Positions 1 to 9,475 of a stretch of 64,000 nucleotides of DNA are shown piece after piece. The translations under genes were made by a program, and so were the position numbers. The notes under the pieces are model-generated. The model worked only from the letters and a program-made list of their open reading frames with translations. It was not told the origin of the DNA and searched no databases. Each line of letters starts with the position of its first letter. The stretch's first letter is position 1. Origin of the DNA: Alphaproteobacteria bacterium (GTDB lineage: Bacteria > Pseudomonadota > Alphaproteobacteria > Rs-D84); NCBI GenBank assembly GCA_017520675.1, contig JAFXFG010000011.1, positions 469 to 64,468 on the forward strand, written 5' to 3'.

Positions 1-1
1 C

Positions 2-235
2 AATAGACAATTATTTATACCGCGCGGTTTTTTACATGGCTTTTCGGTGCTGTCTGATACGGCAGTTTTTGCATATAAATGCGATAATTTGTATGCGCCA
101 CATTCTGAATTAGGAATCGCATTTGATGATGAAGATATCGGTATAGATTGGCAAATACCCGCCGATAAAATCATAATTTCTGATAAAGATAAAAATAACA
201 AAAGGCTGAAAGATGTTATTGATAACAGGTTGTAA
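2..235 (+). CDS. rfbC: dTDP-4-dehydrorhamnose 3,5-epimerase, C-terminal part (5' end upstream of window)
   Basis: Frame is open from the window edge. Translation ..IPRGFLHGFSVLSDTAVFAYKCDNLYAPHSELGIAFDD.. is the conserved RmlC cupin core. The 3' end overlaps the rfbD start. Confidence 0.85.
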   Translation, partial: NRQLFIPRGFLHGFSVLSDTAVFAYKCDNLYAPHSELGIAFDDEDIGIDWQIPADKIIISDKDKNNKRLKDVIDNRL

Positions 236-1043
236 TGGACAATTAGGACGCTGCCTTGCGGATTTATTGACAGATGCAATTTGCACAGATGTAAAAACAC
301 TGGATATTACAAATGCAGATGAAGTTAATAAATTTGTTAAAGATAATAACATAGATTTGATTATTAATTGTGCGGCCTATACAGCGGTTGATATGGCGCA
401 GAGCGATTCTTTGAATGCAAAACAAATCAATGTTGATGGGCCAAAAAATTTAGCACAAACAGGTGCAAAAATTATTCATATATCGACTGATTATGTTTTT
501 GATGGTTGTGGTCATTTGCCTTATACGCCTGATATGCAAACAAACCCACTGTCTGTATATGGTCAAACAAAACGCGAAGGAGAAATCGCAGTTGCAGAAA
601 ATTCTGATAACTATGTAATTATTAGAACTGCATGGTTGTATTCCGAATATGGAAATAATTTTGTTAAAACTATGCGCAGACTTGGCACAGAACGCGATAG
701 TATTAATGTTGTATCTGACCAAATCGGTACACCTACATTTGCACGAAATCTGGCAGATGCAATTGTTAAAATTATCCCACAGATGACACCTGAAAAATCC
801 GGTATTTATCATTATACAAATATGGGGGTTTGTTCGTGGTATGATTTTGCAAGCGAAATAATGGAAATGTCCGGTATTAATTGCAAGGTTAATCCAATTA
901 AATCTGAACAATATCCAACACCCGCCCCACGTCCGTTTTACAGTGTATTAGATAAAACAAAAATTATTGATACTTTTGGTATAGAAATACCACACTGGAA
1001 AAATGGACTTAAACAGTGTATTGATGAATTAAATAAAAATTAA
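213..1043 (+). CDS. rfbD: dTDP-4-dehydrorhamnose reductase
   Basis: 276 aa. N-terminal Rossmann motif LITGCNGQLG, STDYVFDG and YGQTK catalytic region typical of RmlD. Follows rfbC. Confidence 0.9.
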   Translation: MLLITGCNGQLGRCLADLLTDAICTDVKTLDITNADEVNKFVKDNNIDLIINCAAYTAVDMAQSDSLNAKQINVDGPKNLAQTGAKIIHISTDYVFDGCGHLPYTPDMQTNPLSVYGQTKREGEIAVAENSDNYVIIRTAWLYSEYGNNFVKTMRRLGTERDSINVVSDQIGTPTFARNLADAIVKIIPQMTPEKSGIYHYTNMGVCSWYDFASEIMEMSGINCKVNPIKSEQYPTPAPRPFYSVLDKTKIIDTFGIEIPHWKNGLKQCIDELNKN

Positions 1044-1046
1044 AAA

Positions 1047-1094
1047 TACCGGCTTTTTTTTAACATTTTTACAAAAAAAGCCGGTAATTTTTTT
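1047..1094 (+). terminator. intrinsic terminator after rfbD
   Basis: 14-bp stem TACCGGCTTTTTTT / AAAAAAAGCCGGTA followed by a T-run. Confidence 0.7.
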
Positions 1095-1126
1095 GTATTA
1101 AAAAAATTTATCCGTACCGATAAAAT

Positions 1127-1426
1127 TAAAGTGAACCAGATGGGAATTTGGTTCGGGGTCATGCTAGGCCCAGTCTATTCGGTGCAAATATGTGTATGTG
1201 TCGTAATCCGATGGTGTTTTCCGTATTTGCATCGCTTTGATATCTGCCCTGACTGTATAGGTCGGGGGGCTGTTCGTTATAAAATAGGTGCATTGCATCA
1301 AAGGCGGACAGTATCATTAATCGACCGAACAACAACAGAAAATACCACAACAAATAACGAATAGGTTAGGGGGATAATATCTAGGCAATATAAAAAAACC
1401 GCCAATCGGCGGAATTTTTATTTTTT
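1127..1426 (+). ncRNA. candidate structured RNA: copy A of a 3-copy leader-like element, ending in a terminator with no downstream + strand gene
   Basis: Aligns block by block with 23741-23900 (CCAG.TGG, GGTTCGGGG, TTCGGTGC.AAT, TCGTAAT) with indels that break reading frames. Helices CAGAT(1137)/ATCTG(1242) and GGTCG(1260)/CGACC(1322). Terminator CCGCC-AATC-GGCGG plus T-run at 1399-1426. Confidence 0.35.
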
Positions 1427-1552
1427 CTTGAAGCCCTGTTTCGCTTTGAATTTTGGATTATCAGGATCAATCAAGATAACCTGCTTGCCACGACGGATTT
1501 GTTTTACATTACCGCGTTTCTTCCAAGCCTTTAATGAACTTAAAAATTTCAT
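1418..1552 (-). CDS. rpmJ: 50S ribosomal protein L36 (alpha-proteobacterial long type)
   Basis: 44-aa ORF below the track cutoff: MKFLSSLKAWKKRGNVKQIRRGKQVILIDPDNPKFKAKQGFKKK. Matches the MK..SLK...R......RRG...VI......KFKA.QG pattern of type B L36. Confidence 0.85.
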   Translation of the reverse strand: MKFLSSLKAWKKRGNVKQIRRGKQVILIDPDNPKFKAKQGFKKK

Positions 1553-1813
1553 ATCGTTATCCTTTTTACAAGGCGATTATAAACATATTTTTTAAAAAAT
1601 CAAATAATAATATTATTTATTGTTGTTTTAGTAGGGCCTGTTAATTCTGTTGAAAATAGTTTTTAGTTTTTTTTAAATAGTTTTTTAACATTTTTTTCCT
1701 TGGTTTTCTTGATGTCTGGGATTTTTGTTAATTTTTTTAGCAAAATAATCAACTGTTTAAAAAAATCAAGTTTTCAACAGTTTTAACAATTTTAGTCATT
1801 TGTCTTTTTGTAC

Positions 1814-1842
1814 TTGTTGAAAATTGTTGAAATTGTTATAAT
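1814..1842 (+). promoter_or_regulatory. putative sigma70 promoter of virB3-virB4
   Basis: TTGTTG - 17 nt - TATAAT, 22 nt upstream of the virB3 ATG, embedded in repeated TGTTGAAA motifs. Confidence 0.4.
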
Positions 1843-1863
1843 TGTTAAAAAGGACGAGAGAGT

Positions 1864-2160
1864 ATGAAACAGCAAGTTTTAAAAGCATTAGCAAATCCTG
1901 CACTTCTTTTTTATGTGCCTTATTCACTGGCAGTGATTAATTTTGCTGTGCAGTTCATTATTTATATGATTTTGTTCATAGGTTCTTTGATTGTTTCAAA
2001 GGGTACAAACCCAATTAGTCCTTTGTTCTTTCTGCTGTCGGTTATTGGGGTACATATGTTTATGATGTTGTTCGCAAAAAAAGACCCGCAATTAGGGCAG
2101 ATTGTGTCCGCTAAAATTCAATTGTTTAAAAAAAGAATTCCTAATAGGTTGGCTGCGTGA
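1864..2160 (+). CDS. virB3: type IV secretion system protein VirB3
   Basis: 98 aa, two TM segments, N-terminal L.ANPALLFYVPY motif like VirB3. Stop overlaps the virB4 start (TGATG). Confidence 0.75.
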   Translation: MKQQVLKALANPALLFYVPYSLAVINFAVQFIIYMILFIGSLIVSKGTNPISPLFFLLSVIGVHMFMMLFAKKDPQLGQIVSAKIQLFKKRIPNRLAA

Positions 2161-4595
2161 TGAATAATATAGAAAACTTTTTTAATTATTTCGCCGGTGG
2201 GGGTGTTACAATTACTATGACTGTTATGGTTATGGTGGTGGTCTTGGTCTTTATTTTGATGATGATGTATCTGCCAGTCTTGACAAGAAAAATATTCCCA
2301 AAGTTCGGTTATGCAAAATATGCAAACTATTTGCCGTTCGATACCGTTTATAATGATAATTCTTTGTCTATGACAGATGGCAGTTTGGTTAGAGTTTATA
2401 GAGTCGCAGGTCTACAGACTTCGTTGCAGGATGATAAAACAAAAGAAAAATTCTTGGATTTGCGCGCGCAATTGTTTAACCAAATTCGCGACCCAAATGT
2501 TGTATTGCGATTTTATATGATTCGTGATGCCGCAGATGATAATGCAAAGTATGAATTTAATCAGCAGACTTTACAGAGAATTTACGATAAATGGAAAGGA
2601 CAAGGGTTAAAAATTTTCTTGAATAATTATTATATCGTTTTGTCTGTCGCAGGAAATGATGCACGCGCAAAACTTAATCAATATGGTAATTATGTTGAAT
2701 CTATTTTGGCTGCATATAAACCAAAAGTTTTGCGTAATGATAATCTTGATAATATGGCAACATTTATTGCAAGAATTTTGTCGCCAATTTCAAAACCTGT
2801 GATAAAACGCGCCGATAATAATATCGCAAATTTAACAACTGTTGATGATGTGGAATTCTTGAAAGATGGTTTGGTGCGTTATATTAGTGGCGAAAATCAA
2901 TCGTTTGCAGCAATGCTGTCTTTTAAAATGTCGCCTGATTATTTAGATGAAGAATTCTTTGATACTGTTTCAACTATTCAGACAGAAATGATTTCTATGA
3001 ATGGGTTTAGAATAATGGGCGCCGCAGATATTCAATCGACTTTTAGACAGAAAAGAGCAGTGGTAGATGAAAAAAAACAAGATTCTACGGAAGAACAGAT
3101 TTTTCAGGCCGAAGGGGCAATGGATGAAAATGTTTCAGGTAATCAAAGTTTGGTTAATTATTATCCTTTGTTCATCTTGTTTGGGAAAACAAAAGAAGAA
3201 CTTAAAAAATATGTCGATGAATTTAGAAAAATTGCTGCTTCGTTCGGTATCGCCCCAGTTGTTGAAACATTTGCATCAAAAGTTTCTTGGTTTGCACAAA
3301 TTCCAGGATTTGATGTTTTCCCACGCAGTTTTAAATTATTGTCAAAAACAGCTGCAATCAGTATTCCTATGTCTTCGCAACCACGCGGTATAGAAAATTC
3401 TGATTGGGGGCAGGGGCCGCTGGTGGTGTTCCCAACTGCACAAGGTACACCGTATCAATTCCAATTCCATGTTTCTGATAAACCTGCCGCAGTTGGACAT
3501 ACACTTACAATTGGGCCAACAGGTGGGGGTAAGACAACATTGTTCTCGTTCTTGATAGCGCAGAGTTTAAGACATCAAAAACTAAAAGCCTTTTTCTTTG
3601 ATAGAAATAAAGGGGCCGAGATTTTTACACTGGCTGTTGGGGGCAAATATATAACAATGAATGGTAAAGAAAAAAATACGGCTTCTAATAAGGTTGAAGA
3701 AAGTTTCTTGACACATTTAAATCCACTTAAAATGCCGGATAGTGCCGCAAATCGTGCTTTCTTGCGCAGGTGGTTCGCAATTATTTCAAATCAAAATGAT
3801 ACACAGTCTGCTGATGAAATTGCAAGGGCGGTTTCTGTTAATTTTGATTATCTGGCCGATAAAGATAGATTGTTAAAAAATTTGTGGGAAAGTTGTTTTT
3901 CAGCATCAGGTAATATGAGAGGGGCTTTGAAAAAATGGATTGATCCTTTGCAGTATGGCGATATGTTTAATGAAGCCTCTGATACTTTGGATTTGAATTC
4001 AAGACTGACTACTTTTGATTTTACAGACATTTTACAAGATGAGGTTTTGTCGCCAGCAGTGATTTCTTATATTTTGCACAGAATTAATAATATTACTGTG
4101 TCCGGGGGAAATCCGTCTTTGATTATGATTGACGAAACTGCACCAATGTTGGAAAATAAGATGTTTAGAGATAATTTTATTACAGGGTTGCAAGAGGGTA
4201 GAAAAAATCGTCAGGCATATATGGTGGCTTTTCAACGCGCAAATGTTTTGGATAAACTTGGTATCGGTGATGTAGTGCGCGGTCAGGCACAGACTGTTTT
4301 GTTCTTTAGAAACCCAGCCGCAGATGCACGCGATTATGAACATTGGAATTTAAATCCGCTGGAAATGGCGTTTATACAAGGAAAAGCATATCCTAATTTG
4401 AAACGCGCAGTTTTGTTGTCAAGACCAGTTAATGGTGAATCTGTGATTTTGAATACAGAGTTGGGGGGACTGGGGAATTTGTTGCGACTGTTCGAATCTG
4501 GGCGGTCGTCTGTGCTGTTGGCAGAAGAATTGTATAAAATGTATGGCAGTAATTTCGTAAATGAATATTTAAAAAAACAAAGCGCGCTTGATTAA
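2157..4595 (+). CDS. virB4: type IV secretion system ATPase VirB4
   Basis: 812 aa. Walker A GPTGGGKTT, Walker B LIMIDETAP. Size and position after virB3. Confidence 0.9.
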   Translation: MMNNIENFFNYFAGGGVTITMTVMVMVVVLVFILMMMYLPVLTRKIFPKFGYAKYANYLPFDTVYNDNSLSMTDGSLVRVYRVAGLQTSLQDDKTKEKFLDLRAQLFNQIRDPNVVLRFYMIRDAADDNAKYEFNQQTLQRIYDKWKGQGLKIFLNNYYIVLSVAGNDARAKLNQYGNYVESILAAYKPKVLRNDNLDNMATFIARILSPISKPVIKRADNNIANLTTVDDVEFLKDGLVRYISGENQSFAAMLSFKMSPDYLDEEFFDTVSTIQTEMISMNGFRIMGAADIQSTFRQKRAVVDEKKQDSTEEQIFQAEGAMDENVSGNQSLVNYYPLFILFGKTKEELKKYVDEFRKIAASFGIAPVVETFASKVSWFAQIPGFDVFPRSFKLLSKTAAISIPMSSQPRGIENSDWGQGPLVVFPTAQGTPYQFQFHVSDKPAAVGHTLTIGPTGGGKTTLFSFLIAQSLRHQKLKAFFFDRNKGAEIFTLAVGGKYITMNGKEKNTASNKVEESFLTHLNPLKMPDSAANRAFLRRWFAIISNQNDTQSADEIARAVSVNFDYLADKDRLLKNLWESCFSASGNMRGALKKWIDPLQYGDMFNEASDTLDLNSRLTTFDFTDILQDEVLSPAVISYILHRINNITVSGGNPSLIMIDETAPMLENKMFRDNFITGLQEGRKNRQAYMVAFQRANVLDKLGIGDVVRGQAQTVLFFRNPAADARDYEHWNLNPLEMAFIQGKAYPNLKRAVLLSRPVNGESVILNTELGGLGNLLRLFESGRSSVLLAEELYKMYGSNFVNEYLKKQSALD

Positions 4596-4598
4596 TAA

Positions 4599-5216
4599 GT
4601 GATTAGATGTATCGCATTTTTATTGTTAGTTTTGTTTGTTAATCCAGTAATGGCGGCTGATTGTATAGGTGTTAAAATTAATCCAAAAGTTGAAATTTAT
4701 AAACCAGATTGGAAAAAGACTGTTGTGCAGCCGCGAACACCAATGAATTTGTGGCATGGTAATGTGGTGGCAACTTTGGTGGATAATTTTGATATTGTTG
4801 TTGATGTGAAACCTGTTAAAGACGGTTTGTGTGTGTTCTTGAAAAGTGTAGATGCAACGATTGGATATAACGATTTTACTGTGCAGATAGATATAAGGCA
4901 TACACCAGATACTTGTGCGTATAGGGCGGTGCTGAATCATGAAGATAAACATATAAATACTTATTTAAAAGTTATAGATGATTTTCAAAATGATTTGAGA
5001 AATTCTGTAATGTGGGCCGCAGATTCTGTGATGCCTGTATTTGTTAATAATAATGATGATGTGAATTCCGCAATCGATATGATTAATCAAGAATTACAAA
5101 GGCATCCTGATTTGATTCTGATTAAGCAAAAAATTAATGCCGCACAGGAAATTAGAAATAAACAGGTTGACCAACAGGAAGATGGAAGGGAATTAGAAAA
5201 GTGCTTCGTTAATTAA
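4599..5216 (+). CDS. exported HExxH-motif protein (possible small zinc peptidase)
   Basis: GTG start, signal peptide FLLLVLFVNPVMAA, motif LNHEDKH. Family assignment uncertain. Confidence 0.5.
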   Translation: MIRCIAFLLLVLFVNPVMAADCIGVKINPKVEIYKPDWKKTVVQPRTPMNLWHGNVVATLVDNFDIVVDVKPVKDGLCVFLKSVDATIGYNDFTVQIDIRHTPDTCAYRAVLNHEDKHINTYLKVIDDFQNDLRNSVMWAADSVMPVFVNNNDDVNSAIDMINQELQRHPDLILIKQKINAAQEIRNKQVDQQEDGRELEKCFVN

Positions 5217-5788
5217 AATGAATATCTGAGGCCAATCGAAAATTCTGACATAGTGTTCACAAGTTCGTTGTTTATTGGTGTATAATGATATTGAAATAAA
5301 CCTGTTATATTATCACCAGGAAATGTGTACATAACACCAATCCCAATGCGTGTGCTGATATTATTGTCTGATGATTTTGTGTTCGTTTCTGTGGTGGCAG
5401 TTATATATTCGTGTTTGTCGTACATCTTGTAGTTTGCAACACCGAATGTTGTAAAAAAATCTGCATTTCGACTGAGGTTATAATATGCATATATATCAAA
5501 TCCAAATGCCATATAATAAATTTCGTGATTAGATGCGCTGAAACTGTTGGTGAAATCAAGATTGTTTGTTGATGAATGGGTAAAGAAAAATTCAAATCCA
5601 AAATTATTACCAATGCGTGCGCCTGCGTTGATGTTCGCAGAATAATACGTTTCGTCTAAATCAATCTTCATTGCGTAATCAGATAAATTTAATCCTGCGT
5701 TAATACCAATGTATGGCTTGAAACCAGATGTATACGCAAATGCGTTTGTTGTCGAAAGTATTAGTGATAAAATTATTTGTTTTTTCAT
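5213..5788 (-). CDS. outer-membrane beta-barrel protein (OmpA-like 8-strand/OmpW-like class)
   Basis: Signal peptide MKKQIILSLILSTTNAFA, alternating aromatic/Gly beta-strand pattern, C-terminal ..GLRYSF. Confidence 0.65.
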   Translation of the reverse strand: MKKQIILSLILSTTNAFAYTSGFKPYIGINAGLNLSDYAMKIDLDETYYSANINAGARIGNNFGFEFFFTHSSTNNLDFTNSFSASNHEIYYMAFGFDIYAYYNLSRNADFFTTFGVANYKMYDKHEYITATTETNTKSSDNNISTRIGIGVMYTFPGDNITGLFQYHYTPINNELVNTMSEFSIGLRYSF

Positions 5789-6741
5789 AAAGAATCTTTC
5801 TTGTTCGATTGTTTTGTTTTTAGAATAATTTTTTGTGTTAGTTTATCACTAGCTGATTTAAGCGTATTATGTTTATCGTTTGTTTTTGTAGTGATTTTTT
5901 TTAAGTTGTTTTCAAATTCATTAAATTTATGTTCATAATATTCTATAAATCGTTTCTTGAAATCAGATATATTTTCTTGTTTGTTTGTACCAATATATGA
6001 AACGTTTCTTTGTGCCCAAGCCCAGTCGGAATTTGTTGCATTTGTTTTTATCTTTTCAAATTTTTCTTTTATAATTTGAAATGTTTGATAACCACGACTT
6101 AGTTCTAGTTTTGTTTTATCGTTATTGTTTTCTTGTAAAAATGCATTGATGCCAGCAAGATTAGCACTGATTTCAAGGTCAACACAAAAATATGCAACCC
6201 AACGAAAATCATCGTGAAAAGTCCCGTCTTGTTGTGGTAGTATATTATCGTAATCTTTTAATTGTTTTTTTATTGTTTTTCTTTTCTTTGCGGTTTCAAA
6301 TAATTTGGCAAAATAGGATAATTTATTGTCTGTATTGGTATTGGTAGTTGGTTGTAATTTATGCCATGTTTCGTATGCGTGGTCAAGTTCGTGGGCAATA
6401 ATTTCAACAATTTTTGCTTTGTCAACATATCTATTTTTAGCAGGTATTACAACATTTAATTCAAGTTTTAGTTTGCCGTCTTTTAATGTCATTCGTTTGG
6501 GATAGTGGTATTCAGCAAACATAAATTCGTCATTTTTTTTGTCGTATTCTTGGTCGGATAATGGATAGAAACACAGATAAACACGACAGTCGTCATCGCG
6601 TAAAAAATCACCCAGATTATTCAGTTCTGATGCGGGGACTTTATAGATATATTCTGAACTGATAGTTGGGTCTGATTGAAACAGCTTTATATATTTTTCA
6701 ACAAAGTTTGATATTTTTTTTGGTGTAGGTTTTATTGACAT
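5785..6741 (-). CDS. hypothetical HExxH-motif protein
   Basis: 318 aa. IIAHELDHAYE motif. Stop overlaps the ATG of the downstream OMP gene (ATGA). Confidence 0.55.
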   Translation of the reverse strand: MSIKPTPKKISNFVEKYIKLFQSDPTISSEYIYKVPASELNNLGDFLRDDDCRVYLCFYPLSDQEYDKKNDEFMFAEYHYPKRMTLKDGKLKLELNVVIPAKNRYVDKAKIVEIIAHELDHAYETWHKLQPTTNTNTDNKLSYFAKLFETAKKRKTIKKQLKDYDNILPQQDGTFHDDFRWVAYFCVDLEISANLAGINAFLQENNNDKTKLELSRGYQTFQIIKEKFEKIKTNATNSDWAWAQRNVSYIGTNKQENISDFKKRFIEYYEHKFNEFENNLKKITTKTNDKHNTLKSASDKLTQKIILKTKQSNKKDSL

Positions 6742-6770
6742 TTTTTATCTTTTTATAGTTGTTATTATTT

Positions 6771-6974
6771 TTAATGGAATTTCTGTTTATTGTTTTTTTT
6801 GAATATTTGAATAAATTTGAAAAGAGCATCAAATATGGGGGATGGGCTGTTTAACATTTCAAGTTCTTTATTGGTTGCCCGTTCAAGTTTGTAATTTGAA
6901 AATTGTTCTTCGCGTTCAACCATGTGAGTGTATTCAGTGGTTGGTTCCCATTTGTTTTCAAAATCTGAATTCAT
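6771..6974 (-). CDS. hypothetical small protein
   Basis: 67-aa ORF co-oriented with neighbours. No recognisable motif. Confidence 0.3.
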   Translation of the reverse strand: MNSDFENKWEPTTEYTHMVEREEQFSNYKLERATNKELEMLNSPSPIFDALFKFIQIFKKNNKQKFH

Positions 6975-7076
6975 AGCGGTACCTTTTGGTATGGTTTTTA
7001 TAATTATAACTATATTTATTGTGTTTTGAATAAAAAAATAAGTTGTGAAAAAATACCGCCTAATTTTGGCGGTGGG

Positions 7077-7511
7077 TTATTTTTGATGATGTTGGCGCAG
7101 ATAATTTTTTATGTCTGATTTATGCTTATAAAATGATATCTGTTCGCGCCCCATCGGTGTTGGTAAAAATATTGTGCACCAATTTTTTGCATAATTAAAT
7201 ATGTAAAGCAGTGCAACAAGGTCATTGGGGTTGGCTTTTTTTATTTGCTTTGTTGCCAAATCGTATTCACAAATGATAGTTGCAGAAACAGAATTGTAAA
7301 AACTTTTTTCTGGATTGTTTTGAACGTTGCTAAAACCAAGTTTACGTAATGAATCAGCAGCAAAATCTGTGCCAATTTGTGTGGCAAAAGGTTTTTTTAC
7401 CTTAAAGCGCAAGTTTTCAATGTTCCCGTCGTTGCTATAAATTTTGACAGACCCCATTGTGTTGAGGGTTTCGCATATTTTTTGCATTTCTTGTTCTTTG
7501 GTTATTTGCAT
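7077..7511 (-). CDS. hypothetical protein
   Basis: Internal ATG at 7511 is preceded by AAGGAA. The longer 191-aa reading runs through low-complexity sequence. Confidence 0.45.
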   Translation of the reverse strand: MQITKEQEMQKICETLNTMGSVKIYSNDGNIENLRFKVKKPFATQIGTDFAADSLRKLGFSNVQNNPEKSFYNSVSATIICEYDLATKQIKKANPNDLVALLYIFNYAKNWCTIFLPTPMGREQISFYKHKSDIKNYLRQHHQK

Positions 7512-7696
7512 AGATATTCCTTTTTTGTTAATTATAACACAAATAAAATTATTGTCAATTATTATATTGGTGTAGGAATTGTTATACTGTTGGTGGAATC
7601 TTGGTTGGCAAAAGGGTGAAAGTGGGGCGGTTTTTATGGTGTAAAAAAGCATTAAAAAAGCCCAGAAAACTGGGCGGGAGATTGATGAGTTGATTT

Positions 7697-7990
7697 TTAA
7701 GCTTTCTGTCTGGCTTTAGCAAAACATGCGTCACAAATGTCGCGTTGTATTTGCATAATGTTGATATATTTATCTTTGAGTTCATTATAATGAAAAGTTG
7801 GAAAACTTAATACACCATTTGGCAAAACACTATAACCAATATCATATTCCGCTTGCAATTTTGCTAATTTCTCTCTTAATGTGCAATTTTCAACGGTCAT
7901 ACCCTCTGGACAATTACATCCCTGAATAGAATAAGGTTGCATCAAAGTTGACAAACGTTTTTCACCATCACCAGTTATTATATACGGCAT
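7697..7990 (-). CDS. hypothetical Cys-containing small protein
   Basis: 97-aa ORF, ATG start, AGGAG-like sequence upstream. No known motif. Confidence 0.4.
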   Translation of the reverse strand: MPYIITGDGEKRLSTLMQPYSIQGCNCPEGMTVENCTLREKLAKLQAEYDIGYSVLPNGVLSFPTFHYNELKDKYINIMQIQRDICDACFAKARQKA

Positions 7991-8225
7991 ATTTAACTCC
8001 TTTTTTGTCTACTAAATATATCTATATTCACTCTGCACTATATCAACTACAAACAAACATGCAAGAAAAAATCGCTGGAAATGCCGGGGAATGGATTTTG
8101 CTAGATACATGGTGTCTGTGCGCAAATTTGTAGTAATTCGAACTGCGCGTAGCTTGTTCTTATATACAAATTTTGAACTGGCAACTGTGTTGCATCGTCA
8201 AACCAATCGACCACAAAAAATTAAA

Positions 8226-8257
8226 CAAAAAATGCACCATATTGGGTGCATTTTTTA
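8226..8257. terminator. bidirectional intrinsic terminator (downstream of the S51 peptidase gene)
   Basis: ATGCACC / GGTGCAT stem flanked by an A-run and a T-run. Confidence 0.6.
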
Positions 8258-8335
8258 TTTAACTGGTTGTGCAGTTCTCGAGCCGAATTATTAGAGTTTG
8301 TACATGAAATACAAATTATTAAAGACAAATTAGGT

Positions 8336-9121
8336 TTATCTATTCTTTCCTAGATTTATATATTCTTGTCTTTGTTCCGTTAGTTTATATATTTTGGCAC
8401 CATTTTTCGATATAATTTCTGTAATCGTTTGTTTGTCGCCATCTGTTTGAATCATAAGTGCGGCACCTTCATCAACACCATAACCAGAGATGTTATTCTT
8501 TATCAACATGCGTTGAACAGCATTTTTAGATACAGAATCTTTTGCAATACCTTCTTCTGTTTTTGTATCCCAATGTGGTTCAAAGTACCCATGTACAAAT
8601 CCAAGTGCTTTTTTTGGGCTAAATGTTTCAAATGTGCCATCAAAGTCATCATCTTCATCGTTGCCATAGTAATCAAACCAGACACAACCACCGGCACTAT
8701 TGCCAGCCATGATGATACCTTTGTCGTATGCCTGACGTAATAGCTTATCAACTCCGGTCTTGCTCAATACCTTCATAAGGTATGTGACATTACCGCCACC
8801 GATATATATAATATCAGTCCCTAAAATAATCTTTTGAAGGTCATCTTTATTTGGTCTTTTCGAATCATCAATCAAATTTAAATTTTCAACTTCACAACCA
8901 AAATCATCACTAAAATACTTTTTAATCACCAAAAAACGAGATTCATCATCGCCATGTGCAGCACCGATAAACACAATTTTTGGATGCTCTTTGCCAGTAA
9001 GTTTTATCATTCTCTTATCTATTTCTATTGAGTCCTTATTTTTTTGAACTTGCCGACCATCTGGATAAGTTTTAAGTTGACCATACGAGCCGCCACCCAC
9101 AGCAATAATAGTTTTTTTCAT
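8336..9121 (-). CDS. peptidase S51 family (dipeptidase E / cyanophycinase-like)
   Basis: IIYIGGGNVTYLMKVL and MAGNSAGG match the PepE GGGN..L and SAG nucleophile motifs. Confidence 0.7.
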   Translation of the reverse strand: MKKTIIAVGGGSYGQLKTYPDGRQVQKNKDSIEIDKRMIKLTGKEHPKIVFIGAAHGDDESRFLVIKKYFSDDFGCEVENLNLIDDSKRPNKDDLQKIILGTDIIYIGGGNVTYLMKVLSKTGVDKLLRQAYDKGIIMAGNSAGGCVWFDYYGNDEDDDFDGTFETFSPKKALGFVHGYFEPHWDTKTEEGIAKDSVSKNAVQRMLIKNNISGYGVDEGAALMIQTDGDKQTITEIISKNGAKIYKLTEQRQEYINLGKNR

Positions 9122-9272
9122 CGTATACCCTTTTGTTTATGGTGGTATTATATATCATAAAAAGTTCGAAACCAATATAAAAATAACTTTTTTCAAAAGA
9201 ATAACTTTCGAACTCTTCGCAAATATTGGGAAACAAATAAAAACTTGCCCACCGGGGCAAGTTTTGAAATTC

Positions 9273-9349
<77 letters not shown>

Positions 9350-9475
9350 ATAAAGGTGTGTTAATTATATATTATTTTTTTTAATAGTCAATTAAAAAAT
9401 AACAGGGATTCATTTGGTTGAATTTCTTTTATTTTATTGCTAAGATTTATTTCAATTAATATATAAAGGCAAGTC

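Noticed and set aside
1131-1364. 77-aa ORF, or a two-piece alphaproteobacterial tmRNA
   Set aside because: GGGGGCTG, AGGTGCAT and a short ORF before the terminator looked tmRNA-like. The ORF's similarity to 23741-23810 is lost by a 1-nt indel inside the conserved block. I could not find a T-arm, a CCA-ending acceptor strand or an ..ALAA-type tag, so neither call is supported.
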